Shown here one piece after another: positions 27,701 to 40,494 of a stretch of DNA of 64,000 nt; the stretch's first letter is position 1; each line of letters opens with the position of its first letter. Source of the DNA: Ramazzottius varieornatus (lineage: Eukaryota > Animalia > Tardigrada); contig BDGG01000004.1 of the NCBI GenBank assembly GCA_001949185.1, positions 769,620-833,619 on the forward strand, in the 5' to 3' direction. A program made the position numbers and the translations under genes. The notes under the pieces were generated by a model, which was not told the DNA's origin, did not search any database, and worked only from the letters and a program-made list of their open reading frames with translations.

Positions 27701-30700
27701 GTCTTCAATTCGGCCTAGTTGGCGCAATATCCCATGTTGACACAGTGCCAAATGCGCCCTTAACAAAGCACTGGCAAACCCTACCTTGGCTATGTCTTCC
27801 GGAAGCCTTTCCATGCCTTCCCCTCCAGGTCCACCACTAGCCGCCGCATCAGCAGCTGCTGCGATGGTCCGTAAGAACTCGAAGTCATTGAGAGGAGCGG
27901 CATACGGAAGGTTTCCTGTTGCACTATTCGACATGATCAGGTACTTTCCATCAGGACTGAGGGAGACGTTTCGTTTCAAGTCCGGTGCGCCTGGTCCAGT
28001 ACCCGTGCCACTGTCAGTCGACAGCGACGAGCTCTCCGAAGTCCCAGGTCCAATGTAGATCTCGTGGTCACCGTGAGGGTAAACGGTGGGATACTCAAGG
28101 ACCAGTGGGTTGGCCTGAAGGAACGTGCTCAGGGCTTTGATGGTCTTCTCGTCTGTCTCACTCACTGGACCATCACCACCTACAACAGCCAGGACATTAT
28201 CATTTCCGTCGATTGTTTTCTGCACTGATGACTCCGACTACGCTTTCAGGATGAGCTGGCAAACGAACTCCGCAAAACTGTTTTCTGCAGTAACGCACGG
28301 TCTCAATGTTGTCAACTGGAAGCGTGCGCCACGTGGGTAAAACTCTATCAGACTGGTTTACCAAGTGGCGCACGTTTTCATTGTTATAAGCTGAGAGTGT
28401 GCGCCACTGGGAAAAAAGCGCTCTTATCGAGTTTATTTGCCCTGGTCCCATGTGACACGTGTAACTTGAAGTTTTATACCGACTACCTTCGGCGCTGGTG
28501 CCAGGAACCGGTCCATTGCCGACTACCGGTTGACCACTGGCTGGATCGATGACCAGTTTGTCCATTAAGTCGTCCACGTTGGCGTTACTTTGTAGCTCGT
28601 GTTGCCATCGGCTTATTTCCTCACTGAACCGACGTCGAAGTTCTTCTGGCGTATGGTTGGGCAGCGACTTCTGCCAAGTAAGAAAACAGGGTCAACAGCA
28701 ATTCGGAGAAGCTAGTGGATGGACGAACGGAGATACCTGTAGTTGTTCGGCCTTTCGCAACATGGCGTTCAAGATGCGAAACTCAAAGGACTGTGGTGCG
28801 AAGTGCGCCAACTGCGTTCGAATGAAGTCAATGTCAGCGTCCAAGCCTTCTTTCTGCGCATCGTACGTGTCCCCTGTTGCGGCGTAGTCCAGTTCAGCCA
28901 AGTCACTCGTGTAGATTTCCGGCAGTTCGAAATTCTCCGGATCAGCCATTATTGAATCTAAAATTAAATTCTCATGTTAATACTTATTCTCTCTTTTCAC
29001 CTTTCTGAATTACTTTCACACTTACTTTCTTCTTCCTCGGAAGTGTAGTCTTCCTCATCGTCATCTTCCATATCTTCTTCGCCACTTTCGCATTCTTCAT
29101 CTTCACATTCTTCTTCATCGCCTTCCAGTTGTTCATCTCCTTCACTCTCATCGTCGTCGTCCTCTTCGTCGTCTTCATCATCCTCCTCACCTGAGCTCAG
29201 CTCCGAGCTAGCGCCTTGCATATGGTTTGGGTCCTCGTGATGTCCGTCGCAGTGCTTGCAGCTGTATTTCATGTTCATGTAGAAGTCCTTCGTTGGTATA
29301 TGTGACGATCCCTTGGTTCCATCCCCGGTGTACGGTATCGACTACAAAGTAAAGAATCGTCATGAACTTAAAAGTCTCTTCAAGTGACAAAAGTATGTAG
29401 AATCAGCGCGAAGTTAAGACAGTATAAAATGTCCAAACTGACGTATGCTAAGTCAATCAATTTTGTACGCTGGTAGCAAATCCAGTCTCCAACACAAAGA
29501 CTGGACAGAATAGGCGTGTCAAATCTACCTATCTACACACTCGACAACATTGCTTCTCCAAGGGCGGGTTTTATGACAGTAACTGTGGAAAGGAACACCA
29601 CTTGAAAAAGCTTTCTCGTCGAGCTTGTTTCCAGGTGGCGCACAATCTCAGCCAGTAACAACAGACACGTGCGTCACTTGGGAAGACAATCTTGTCGAGT
29701 TTGATGCCGAGCTCTCCTCTTGTCTTGAATCGTGCTCACCAGAACTAAGGTTACATAGGCTAGAATGCTTACTTGGTGGGAAGCGTGGGCTCGTTGGGCG
29801 TTGGCCAAGTCCCGGAAGTCGACGTTGGCAGGCTGGTGGTACAGGACTAAGTCCGCAGCTTCAGAATTTCCCGACTTGACAGCTTCCAGCAGCGCAGTGA
29901 TGCCGTCTTTTAACTTGATATGGCGGTTGGCTCCGCGTTCCAGTAAACACTCGATGATCTTGACCCAGCCCTTGCTGCAGGCCAGCGAGAGTGCGGTGCA
30001 GTCACTGTTGGCTGACACTCGGTTGATTTCCGCACCCTTGTCTAACAAGTACTCTACGATCTCTAAGGAGCCCTTCTTGGCGGCTTTCATCAGTGGCGTA
30101 TGTCCCTTCTCACCCACAACATCCTAAGAGAGCACAAAAAGACTTGACAAACTTACTCTGGATGTTCCACTAGTTTCCACAACCAATTCATTTCTCTCAT
30201 GAACCTGCATACACTAGACAGTGCACAGAGTGAACCAAGAGTATCCAGGTGGCAGAAGATAAGCATTTTGCTGCCTACTTTATCACGAAACCTGTAGGAT
30301 GTTGTACTGCGGCGTTATTCCGACTTACCACTTCGCAGCCAAGCTTATGGAAGCGTTGAACCCACTCGAAGTTGCCGACGTCAGCTGCAAAGGTGATGGC
30401 AGCGTCACCGTGCAGGGATTTTTGCGTTGGAATCGCGTCGTGCTTGAGGAGGTACTCGACAGCTTCGGTGTTGCTGTAGCTGACGGCCAGGAGCAGTGGT
30501 GGGTTTCCACCCAAGTTGACGTTGGCCTTGCCAGCCAGGAGAGTCTGGACAATCTCCATGTTGCCTTTGAGAATGGCAAAGCACAGAGGTGTCCAGTTTT
30601 CATACTGGGCATTTTGGGCGTTGACATCGGCCCCTAAAAAATGCCAGAAGTAAACATCGCGATCCACGAAACTAGATATGCGTTTCACTTACCATGTTGG

Positions 30701-32763
30701 AGGAGGACAGGGATGAGGTTGGTGTTGCCTTCATTGCAGGCGCGCATCAGCGGGGTGAAGCCGGAGCCGTCAGAATCGTTTACGCGGGCTCCTCGTTGTA
30801 AGAGGTACTTGACCATCTCCAGGTCTCCACAGGCAGCGGCAGCACAGAGCGGGATCTCGGCTACCACCGTCTCGGGGTTCACCTTGGCGCCATGTTCTTC
30901 AATTAGGAGGCGTAGGAGGTCCAGACGTTTCGAGTAGCAGGCCTTGCTACAGGCCGCTTGTACCTCGGCTTCCGTTACTTTCGATTGTTCTTTATGCGAC
31001 AGATACCACTTGACAAAGTCATATTGCCCTGCGAACCATCCCAACGAACTGTTAGAAAGGTACTGGCTCCGAAAACCTAAACTCATCCATTGGGTTTGGA
31101 AAGTCAATTAAAACACCCTTTACCCATCTTCGCAATCTACATACACAGACCCGTACATGGAGCACGGTCAACACGTACAGTATGCAGGCAGGCGCAAGTG
31201 GCTGTATTTATTATGTCATCAAATTAGCAAAGTCTTTAGAATATTTGGTACCTTTCTGGGCTGCGATGGCGAGGGCAGACTCGGCTGGACACTCGGTATC
31301 ATCATAGTCGTCCAGCGAGTCAACAGCTTGCGTCTTGGAAGTAGCAGAAGCGGTTGCGGCAGTTAAGGCTGCTTTCTCAGCGATCTTGGCGGTGGTGGTC
31401 TTGGTAGGTTTCTTGTCGTCCTTCTTGACGACTTCCTTGAGCTTCTCCTGGCTCTCTTGGTCATACTTGAGGTGGCGTAGGACAACGTTGGCGCAGTGGA
31501 CGCGCCCGTTGGCTGCCGCGTGCGTCAAGGAGTTCCAGTTGTTGTTGTCGGTGTCAGCGACGCAGGAGCCGTGGTCGATCAACAGCTGCACCAGGTCGTC
31601 GCGGCCAGCTGCGCAGGCTTCCATGATGGCAGTCTTGCCTATGAAACCCACCAAAGTCAGCATCCAAAGATTTCCACAACACTTTCTCCAAAGTTCCGAC
31701 GAAATGAAATTAGTATTCTTTCGGGTTCTTTTTTCATTCCGCGGTTCGGAATTTTAATGTAATTCACGGATGTAAAATTACCATCTTTATCGCGCCGGGT
31801 AACGTCGGCGTCGTAGTCCAGGAGGAGCTGGACAATTTCCTTTGAGCCATCACGAACAGCTAGCATCAAAGGGGTGCACAGGGTTTTAGGCTCGGCTTCG
31901 TCAACGTCGCCTCCTTCCTCCAGCAGGTTTTTCACATCATCACGTTTCGAGGAAGACACGGCTTGGCGAACTAGACCGTCCTTAGGGTTCCTGAATCACA
32001 AGAAAAAAGACAATTCTATCCGTAAACAGAGCACAAAAAAATTTATTTTCTTTTCGAACTCCTTGCTTACTTTTCGTTGTCGGCCCAGCCTCGGATAGTG
32101 GTCTTGCTGGGCATGGCGGCTGCTGCTCGCATGTGCTGCGCGAGCTTCCGCATCGTAGCAGCGTCAAGGGTTTGTCCAGCTTTAGGAAGAGGTCCAAAAC
32201 CTGCGATGGAAAAACCATCAATGAACCAACTTCTGGGAAAGTTTCGGCCGTCACAGATAAAACGTATCGATCACGTGACTTTGTCCGCATCAGACCATAA
32301 TAAACAGCCACGTGAATGGATGACATAGATAAGGAATGAAAACGGTGACGTCAATGGGGTTTCAAATGCAAAACACACCGCTGGATTTCAGGAAGCTTTC
32401 CAGCTTGGAGCGTTGTTCAGAGGACAATTGCGTTAAGTCCAGAGGTTTACCATCACCGGGAGGTCCACAAGCCGCCGCTGCCCCAGCCAGGTTATGACCG
32501 CAAGGCTTGAAGGAAGAAGCCGAGGATCCAGTGGGTGCGGTAGGCAGTCCACTACACACATGCTGCAATGCACAAATCAACGACTATTCCACTCGACCAG
32601 TTTATTCGTCCGTTAAACAATTCCGCAAAAATTCCCCGTACCTCTTCACGCGTATGCCGAACTCCTGTAAAATAGAGAGGACAGTCAGGAATGGTGTAGC
32701 TGGAGAAAAAAGAGATAACTTACGCGTCGAATGCTTCCTGACGACTTTTCGTTGCGAGGACAT
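18794..32763 (-). CDS. mask: Mask/ANKHD1/ANKRD17-like protein: two ankyrin-repeat clusters, coiled coil, KH domain, low-complexity tail
   Basis: Ankyrin exons include TPLMLAVRDG, TPLMRACNEG, HTPLMKAAKKG, GISPLMLAAMNGH and ETNRNTALTLACFQGR. Also ADAKARSLIEELDL...KKRDKKKQKK and the KH exon GWKEVVGRSKRFRVPTSSIARIIGKGGVNINAIRAATCAHIEIEK (approx 21465-21858). Start ATG 32763 (MSSQRKVVRK) is inferred. A strong donor near 18820 suggests the stop may lie in a tiny last exon (GAA TAA, 18328-18323). Confidence 0.92.
22669..22967. repeat. AT-rich tandem duplication (136 bp + 27 bp partial + 136 bp) in a Mask intron
   Basis: ATCCTTCGTATCACTCTTAAATATTGG starts at 22669, 22805 and 22832. The long units 22669-22804 and 22832-22967 are nearly identical. 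Confidence 0.9.
24936..25057. mobile_element. 122-bp MITE with TA target-site duplication
   Basis: TA|CTGTAATGCTTCTTGAATCTCA...TGAGATTCAAGAAGCATTACAG|TA. Arms extend to ~35 bp with 2 mismatches. Confidence 0.8.
28250..28452. repeat. Two tandem GTGGCGCAC-family palindromes in Mask intron
   Basis: GAGCTGGCAAACGAACTC...GCGTGCGCCACG, then CCAAGTGGCGCACG...GTGCGCCACTGGG...TTTGCCCTGGTCCCAT. Confidence 0.8.
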
Positions 32764-33348
32764 CGTCGCAGCTGCAATAAAAGAATTTGATTGGCCAAAT
32801 CAACCGTCAACGTCGACCAAAGTCTAAACCATCCAGATTGTTCGGAAAAATTTAGAATATTTTGATTCCGACGTGAGAGTGCCTCGGACGCATCGCTTGT
32901 AGGTACATATAGGGAGTTCGAAGTGACGAAGTGCACATTCCCAAGAAACAAACATGCCACATCTCGAAGAAGGCATAACGCAATACACGCGTCGTAGTCT
33001 ACTTACGAAAGCACCAGTTTCTTTCGTCACCAGGATTCACTTCTTCTCACTCAAGTACAGGAGTCTTAAGCATGCTTAATAATCCGGGCTGGTCGCAAAC
33101 GATATCACAAAGCTGTCAGGGGATCTGCAGATAAAACTATCAAAGATGGAATAAAGTAGAAGATGGGTTCCTGCGACCAGTCTGCGACGCAGGCGTGCAG
33201 CTCGGGTGGCAATGCGATTTACCGATCGCGCTCGTCCGACGCACTTTATCTGGTAGGAGCAAATGGCCTACAATGACGTCACTGAACAAACAGGGCTTTG
33301 ATTGATCATCGTCAACCACAAGACTTCTCCCTTGACGGAAATGAGAGC

Positions 33349-33662
33349 TAGAGCACGGAATCTGGCCGCATGCGCTGTACTGTACTGCAGCTGTGCTGCA
33401 TTCGAACGTCAGCCGTCTCAGCTTTGCCGTACTCCAGGGCAACGTTCTCCAGGTTGACTACCGATTTCGCTGACTGAATTACAAACCACGTCAATACATC
33501 GGCGTTCCGCGCAGTTGCACCAGGTCGACGTGCATCTGCAGCACAGCTGCTTAGCCACTGGGCATGAAAGTTGTGCAGCACAGCACAGCACTGCGTACAG
33601 CGCCCTATTAATGTGCGCAGCACAGTTACAGCGTACTTTTGGACCTGCGGCCCAGTGCTCTA
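33349..33662. mobile_element. Non-autonomous hAT-type element (314 bp)
   Basis: Termini TAGAGCAC...GTGCTCTA flanked by a perfect 8-bp target-site duplication ATGAGAGC (33341-33348 and 33663-33670). Internal GCACAGC/GCTGTGC repeats. An 8-bp TSD with TAG termini is typical of hAT elements. Confidence 0.85.
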
Positions 33663-33682
33663 ATGAGAGCGTGGGTCGCTGA

Positions 33683-36053
33683 CAAGGGATTAACGCCAAT
33701 CGGTTCTCTCTGACGAGATTCAGGATGCGCAGTCTGATAGAGGACAGTTTTCTCCACAGAGTGAGCTAAACAAAAGGTCCTAAAAGAAATCCTGAAATTA
33801 ATTATGGGAAAAGGAAGTCAAGTACAAGTTTGCCGCTGGTGACGTAAACGGCAATCTTGCTTTTTGATCTACAGTCCACACTGTATGAAAAAATCTGCCA
33901 AGTGTCAGTACAAATCAAGGAATATATAGTTCACAGAGGTGGTAGACATCGTAGAAATGGGAGAAGCAACGAGGACCCTTGCACCAACCGCAAATATGAC
34001 AGTGTTTTCACAGTTTTCGTGGAAGCAATGACTAGTCAACTTATCGAAGCAAAACTCGCCGGGGTTGACGTATTAAATCCATCCATCTGTGTATCCGGAT
34101 TCGTACTAAGCTGCGGGAACAAGATTGTCAAATCTAGGAGACTGGAACTGCTGATAGATTAACGAATGTAATTTGAGTGTTACATCCCTGTGATGCACTT
34201 GGATAGGTAGGTTGTGCAGAATGACAAAGTTAGAGATCTTTTTGAAGAGTTCTTTGTACATTCTGAAAATTCTGAAAAACAGAGCATCGAGAGGCTGAAT
34301 ATCTCCGGCCACTTTCGGTGGGATTCGAAGCATTTCGTATTCTAAGTTGTCAGGTTTGAGTTCCATTCTCGAGTCTTGATCGTTGAAAGTCGTCCAGGAA
34401 TCAGCCAGCAGAATGCACCGGTCCACCATAGGAGCAAAGAAGACCTCTGCATACCATTCCAAGTAGAGCTTAGTCATCTTTCCTGATGTTGAAGCCGTCA
34501 CGTACAAGTTTTCAGCTTTGAACATCGTGCGAGTTACAATTAGACCAAATACTCCCTTTGGTTCTTGCAACGTCAGAAAAGCTTTGGAAGAAACTTGTTT
34601 CAAGAGTTTCAAGAGAAACAGTCATCATTACGGTGTAACTATCAGTCATGAAGGTTTCGGACTGGGTTATAGCTTCTACATGTTTAACACCACAAATATC
34701 CAACGTACGACCAGGTCTCATCTCATACTCAAAACCTGACTGATCCGCATTCCACAGACAGTCCAGTCAGTAATCTGCGATCCTTGCTGGGAGGAGAGCT
34801 ACACAGTCGGCGGCGCTCTGTTCCTTGATGGACTTTTCAGTCACAAACTTCGTGATCTTCCGATCGCACTGTAATACCTGAAATAATTTATTGACTGATT
34901 AATTCTAACGATAGATAACAAATCTATCGCTGCAAAATGATATGGACATATACCGTTTTAGTTTTCCAATCCAGTCAGGAGACGCTTTGGACCCCTCCAA
35001 CCCACGGTCTGCTTTGCTGTAAGTGCCCGTCGACGAAGATCCAGATCCTTGACCACATGCTTCTTCTTCTTCGCCAAAAAGAACTGCTTCCCAGTTTCCA
35101 GTCCGAGCGCTTTCAGCTTGTCCATACGTGAACCACCCGCTTCCACATGCTTCTCCGAATCTTGCAATTGACGGACACTGGTTACTCTTGTGAGTCGATT
35201 TCGGACTGCTGTAAGACTGCGTCGTTTTTCGAAGTCGCGTTTCTCCAAAACGAGACCGAACGTTTCTTATAGTTCAAGTCAATCATCTGACTGGATTCGG
35301 CTCTTGGATCTGGAATCTTTGGAACGAACAGTTCATGTGAGGAAGGCTCAGTGCCGCTGGAAGGAGGCTCGGTCGTCACGTTGTCATCGAAGTCGGCTTC
35401 GTCAGGAGCGCTCAACAGGTTGAAGCTAATGATCGACTTGTCAAAATCTTCGAACGTTGCATGATCAACTTGCAGATCACACTGGAGATCTTCTTCGATT
35501 GCTCGTAGAGGTATGCCAGTTCCTGCAACATTCTCGTCAATTAAACCTAGACAGTGACAGGTTAGTACCAACTTCCGACATGGTTTTTAGTAATAATTTC
35601 GATTTGAGTTACATAATCAGTCTTACCCTTGAGGAATTCCTTCAACAGCTTATCAGCTTCACTTGGGGCATCGTCAAGCTGGAAAGTCTGTCTATAATCT
35701 GCTTCGAGAAGCTTGAGAACATTCATCGGGTTGACGGCGTCCATGTTTCACGGAAGACTCTTCCAAAGACTGAATGAGTTTTCAAAAAAGATGCCACTTA
35801 AAGGCTGAAAAAGATCAGTACAGGGCAGCACTCAATCAAAGGCAAACCAACTACCGAACAATCAGACGTGTTGATTTGGCCATGCCGTTTACGTAACCAG
35901 CGGCAAACTTGTACTTGACTTCCTTTTCCCATAATTAATTTCAGGATTTCTTTTAGGACCTTTTGTTTAGCTCACTCTGTGGAGAAAACTGTCCTCTATC
36001 AGACTGCGCATCCTGAATCTCGTCAGAGAGAACCGATTGTCGTTAATCCCTTG
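33683..36053 (-). mobile_element. Tc4/Tc5-type (pogo-like) DNA transposon with decayed transposase
   Basis: 171-bp TIRs (33683-33853 and 35883-36053, 2 mismatches) starting CAAGGG. TGA is duplicated on both sides and the empty site is CTGAG, matching CTNAG. Internal minus-strand transposase pieces are present. Confidence 0.93.
34106..35744 (-). pseudogene. Frameshifted DDE_1/pogo-family transposase
   Basis: Fragments in several frames: RKITKFVTEK, NADQSGFEYEMRPGRTL, YVTASTSGKMTK, ILLADSW, IPPKVAGDIQPLD (37 residues between 2nd and 3rd Asp), LHSLIYQQFQSPRF. Confidence 0.88.
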
Positions 36054-37580
36054 TGAGATAGTGATGTTCTAACATGGGTTAATGAGATTTAGTACAATAA
36101 AAATAAATATCAGCCGTCCATCAAAGTTCTAATAAGTGACCACTACTATAGTAAAACGTTCATCTGATTCAGTTGAATGAAACTATACTAAAACTTTCGG
36201 GGGTTTGTTAATAAAATTTATTTTAATATCGGAGAGCTCGTCCTGCGCAAGTGCGTGACGCACCATCAGTTTCTCCCACATCAGCATCGTCTTGAGCGGC
36301 TCTAGTTGACAGGGAGAAATACAGCAATAGCAAAAACAGCAAAAGCTTACGCGACTCCAAACCAAGGACTTCCGCCGCAGGCCGACAGCGACGTGACAGA
36401 GATTCCGAAGCCGAAAAGACGGTCGAGAAAGGAAATGGACAGCGACACTTCTGCGAATCGTCTGAGGTTGACCCGCGAAGAAAAATCTGTATGAGAGACT
36501 GCTGGCCGTGGGCGAAGCGGATCGAAAAAGGACGAGATAAGGTTTACTACTGGGATTACAGTGTGAGACTAGCGAAAACTAACAGGAAACCGAAGAAAAG
36601 TAAACGAAGCTCTCTGTATTATTCGACTTATTATTCGAAGGCACAACCCCGCTAGTCCAAATGTTCCTGTGAAAAACCACGAAACAAACTTCACGTAACG
36701 AGGACTTTGACGTCAAGTAGAGCTATCATGCTGAGTGCCTTCACCATCTTAACGACGATAGAATTGTTGCTGGAAGTCCCGGCGCTACAGTGACTTCCCA
36801 GCGTGATCACTAGCAGCAGCTAAATCGTTCTCGCTCAACCTGCCAAACGCGGTCTTCCTTGAGGCGTCGAGCTCCGTTGGCTTCGTCCTCCTTCCTTCGA
36901 TCGTTCATCACACGAGCGTCCTCCTTCCACGCGTCGCTAGTCTTCTTGCTGGCGTTCTGCACGCTCGAATATATTCCTCATTTCTTTGTCGGCCAAGAAA
37001 GCCAGAAAACCGTACCGTCGCGCGGCGTCTCGCATAGGTGGACAGCGAGCCCGGAGTGGCTCAGCACATATGCTCTTATGATGGCACCACTTCAAACAGT
37101 TGAAGCAGAACGCGCTTTCGTGGTACAGGTCATTCTGCGTGAATACTGAAAACACAGACTGTATAGAATTTTGTTTACGGTTACCAGTTGAAAGTACGGT
37201 TCTGTGATCGGCAGTCAAGCTCGCAGTGCAAGCGCTCACTTCGACAATCATTCTGAGCAGAAGCGCGGTACCCCGCGCAGAGGTGAATGGGCTGTTGCCT
37301 TCGATATCACTGTAATCAAGCAAATATACAGGCTGGACGTCTTTTCATGATACTGCTAATAGATGCTGACGATAACTTGGTTATGCAAGTTTCCAGCGCG
37401 GACTTTCGGCGCATTCTGTTACCCGTTTAACGTAAGATCCATATCTATTTCAACAAGCATGGATCCCACCTTCGTCAGCAGGAAGATCGAAATAAAAGTC
37501 CGGACGTTGGAGGGTGGCAAAGGCTAGCAGAAGATCAGTTTACTGATCAGAAAACGGAAAATCCGAACTGCGAGATGACG

Positions 37581-39692
37581 AAATGTGACGGATGATCGCA
37601 GTTGCGCACGTGAAAAGCAAGATGCTCACGTTTCCGTCACCAAAACCACAACGGAGGTCGATTTAGGGCGGAGTTGATTCGGTTAAATGTGAAAGATTAT
37701 GTCAGAGTTCGAAATGTGATCGGTTGCTTGATTTTGCGCACAGTCCCTAGTATCTTGCCTTTTCCGGGTGCCGTTGCTTCAACCAATCAATATCGTTCTA
37801 CGTGTAACTGAAAGCTCCCCCATTTACTGAGTTCTTCAGTTTCCACAGGTAGCTGGTTGTGTCTTCTGCCGAAAGCGGTTACATTTCATGTCCACCAACC
37901 ACATCCACCTAGCTTTTTCAGCGACTTGGATAACATGTGCGCGGAAGTCCAAGCGCTCCGGGTTCGTAATGCTCGTCGCAAACGGGGGATTATTCGACTA
38001 TTACGATGGCAGACGGACATTTTGCTTCATTGTTATGCTGCTCTCGAATACGAACGGTACTACGTGAGGCATGAGATCGATTTAGTGAATATGCCGAATG
38101 AAAAGATGCGATACCACTTTCAGATGTAGAATCATCAGGATTTCTGCAGACTACGCGATGCCTTACAATTACCGAAAGTCGTCATCGGCGAAAACCGAGT
38201 CGTCGTCTCCAGAAGTCTCGCTTTAGCTGTGCTACTGAAGCGGCTGGCCATTCCAAATAGATGGGTTGACTGCATGGACCATCTAGGCCGAGAAAGAACC
38301 CAGCTGTCGCGCATTTTCAACGGATCCTCCTCATCGCCAGATTCTCATGGGCGCTTCGGATGCTTTTCCTTGAATTCTTTCACTCTTCGATCAACACGAA
38401 CCCCATGTGGGAGAAACTGATTGTGCTCTATGCACTTGCGCCGGACGTCCGCGCGTTACAGACGGCATGCTGCTAGTGCCGGATCCTTTTGGCTGATTGC
38501 CCGGGAGAGTCATAGATAATTGTCCTGGTGAATATAGCAGCGTTACTGCTGGAGTGCTGGAGGTAATTTCGGAGTCGACGACATAGGATAAGTCTGCATC
38601 AGCCGACTCACGGGAAAGCGCTGCTTCCCACAGGAGATCGAGTCCGTCCCATCCATCGTCCGCCATTCCTGGCCAAAACGCACGGAATTTTTTCACTAAA
38701 GAAGCACCGAAAGATCAAGGATACAAAAGGTGACCTTCTTCTTGCAATGGTTATACCGGTAGTTGAATCAAACTACATATCAAAACGTGGGCACTTCCGT
38801 TGCGTCTTAATTCCCGATGTTGCCATTCTAATGATCGGAGTCAGCGGATATTCAAAAACATGTGCGGGGTGGAAATTTCCGTTCGTCGTTCTTACATTTC
38901 ATCGCCGAGTTTGTGAGCCATCAGCTGCTCGCATGACGGCTGACGGCTCACATTTGGCCTTCGCCCAATACCGAAGTCGGGGTGGAGTCGGTCCGGACCA
39001 AATGTGAGAGTCGTAATGTGAGAGAGCAAATGTGAGCGGTTGATTGATTTTACGCACGCAGTCTGCTCACGTTTCCGTCACTAAAACTACAACAAAGGTC
39101 GATTTAGGGCGGAGTTGATTCGGTCAAATGTGAGACTATGTGAGAGTTCGAAATGTGATCGGTTGATCGATTTTGCGCACAATTCCTATTGCTTTTTACA
39201 TTACATTACAGTGCAATTACACTTTTACACGACATTACAACCACGGGGAAATTGTAATGTAAATGTAAAATGTGATGACAACTTTTACCTGCCCGAATCT
39301 GCGGTATTTTTGAGTATTTTGCCGCCAGAAATCTAAAATTCGGCTGACTTACGCGGAAAAATGTCAGGAACTTCCTGAGTAGGATCATTTTGCAACCGTG
39401 TTTTTATCTTTGTCTGGAACACAATCACTAAGATCTATATTCTATGCAAACATAGACATAGCTGGTTCGTCGTTTTCGTCGCTCCTTGTCACTTTCAGGC
39501 GTTACAGACCGCTCGGTCTGTAAAATGTAAACTAGTGTAAAATTTGATTACACTTTCACAATTACACTATTTTACATTACACTTTACATTACACGGACCA
39601 TCTGTGTGTAATGCTCGTCATTAGAGAGGGGGGAAATGTGAGCGGTTGATTGATTTTGCGCACGAAGTCTTTTGTTTTTGCGCACAGTCCCC
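37581..39692. repeat. Direct repeats of a transposon-end-like unit plus TTACA low-complexity tracts
   Basis: ~125-bp direct repeats 37623-37749 and 39064-39188 (TGCTCACGTTTCCGTCAC...TTTTGCGCACA). Sub-unit AAATGTGAKCGGTTGATTGATTTTGCGCAC near 37581, 37712, 39028, 39151, 39634. TTACA/TGTAA arrays at 39190-39275 and 39515-39612. Confidence 0.8.
37935..38327 (+). pseudogene. N-terminal fragment of a PIF/Harbinger (DDE_Tnp_4-like) transposase
   Basis: In frame across a TAG at 38127: IDLVNMPNEKMRYHFQM*NHQDFCRLRDALQLPKVVIGENRVVVSRSLALAVLLKRLAIPNRWVDCMDHLGRERTQLSRIFN. This resembles the LKRLAYPxRxxDxxxxFGRxxxxLSxIFN region of Harbinger-like transposases. It is truncated before the catalytic domain. 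Confidence 0.6.
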
Positions 39693-39713
39693 AACATTTT
39701 ATGCTTTTATCAT

Positions 39714-39758
39714 GTCACGTGACCGTACGTACCTCCAAAAGGGGTGCGAACCGGAAGT
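39714..39758 (+). promoter_or_regulatory. Candidate promoter motifs upstream of the MTA-like gene
   Basis: Palindromic E-box GTCACGTGAC (39714-39723) and ETS-like CCGGAAGT (39751-39758). Motif match only. Confidence 0.3.
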
Positions 39759-40494
39759 TGGACAGTGGGAAATTCGGAGGCCCAAAAACCGACTAATTTG
39801 CTGAGCTTTTCTCAACTGTAACCGCTTGACTGGCAGAATCCCCACGTGCTCGTCTAAGTTACACATGGTCAAGAAATGTGTGCGAACAATGGCCGCATCA
39901 AGCCACACTCTACGGTGTACAAAACGAGATCATAATCCGTAGACGAAATTCCTGATGAATCTTTTGCTGCGTGCGATCTTAGCGCGAGATCCGAGAACCT
40001 GCTCTGTCTGAGCGGTGGAAACCCTGGCCTACAAGAAAGTAATTCGTCAGCATCCTTGTTGATTCCGATTACCACCTCGATCGAGACATTTGTCGCAGTC
40101 AGTGCATGTAATCGGCGGGGACCCGTCGACCTGGTTCTTCGCGAATACCCGAGGTTCTTGTAGAGAACCATGGATCGATCGGCGCCATATGAAGTTGCGC
40201 AGTCCGGGTGGGGCTGACCAGAGATCACTTAGGAGGACGATCGACTAACGTGACGTCTTGCGGAGCGTTAAATCAAAATTTGCGAGAAGCCTGTCGTCAA
40301 TCAAGCAAAATGCCCATGTCCAGCTATAGACAACTTTGCTGCGGTTCATTCCAGAATCCGGATTCCGGAATTCGGACCCGAAAAATCTCTTCCGTCGAAG
40401 TCTTCCCCGGATCCTGGAGCCATATTCAGACCTCAATTATTCAGAACACTTTGTACGCTCTTGAGGATATTGTGGACGGAAAACAGACTCTTCG

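Noticed and set aside
19485-32328. Many 100-180 aa plus-strand ORFs opposite Mask
   Set aside because: Antisense shadows of coding exons with no independent homology.
36183-37323. Short ORFs between the transposons (e.g. CFNCLKWCHH)
   Set aside because: Interrupted by stops and unassignable; probably decayed TE sequence.
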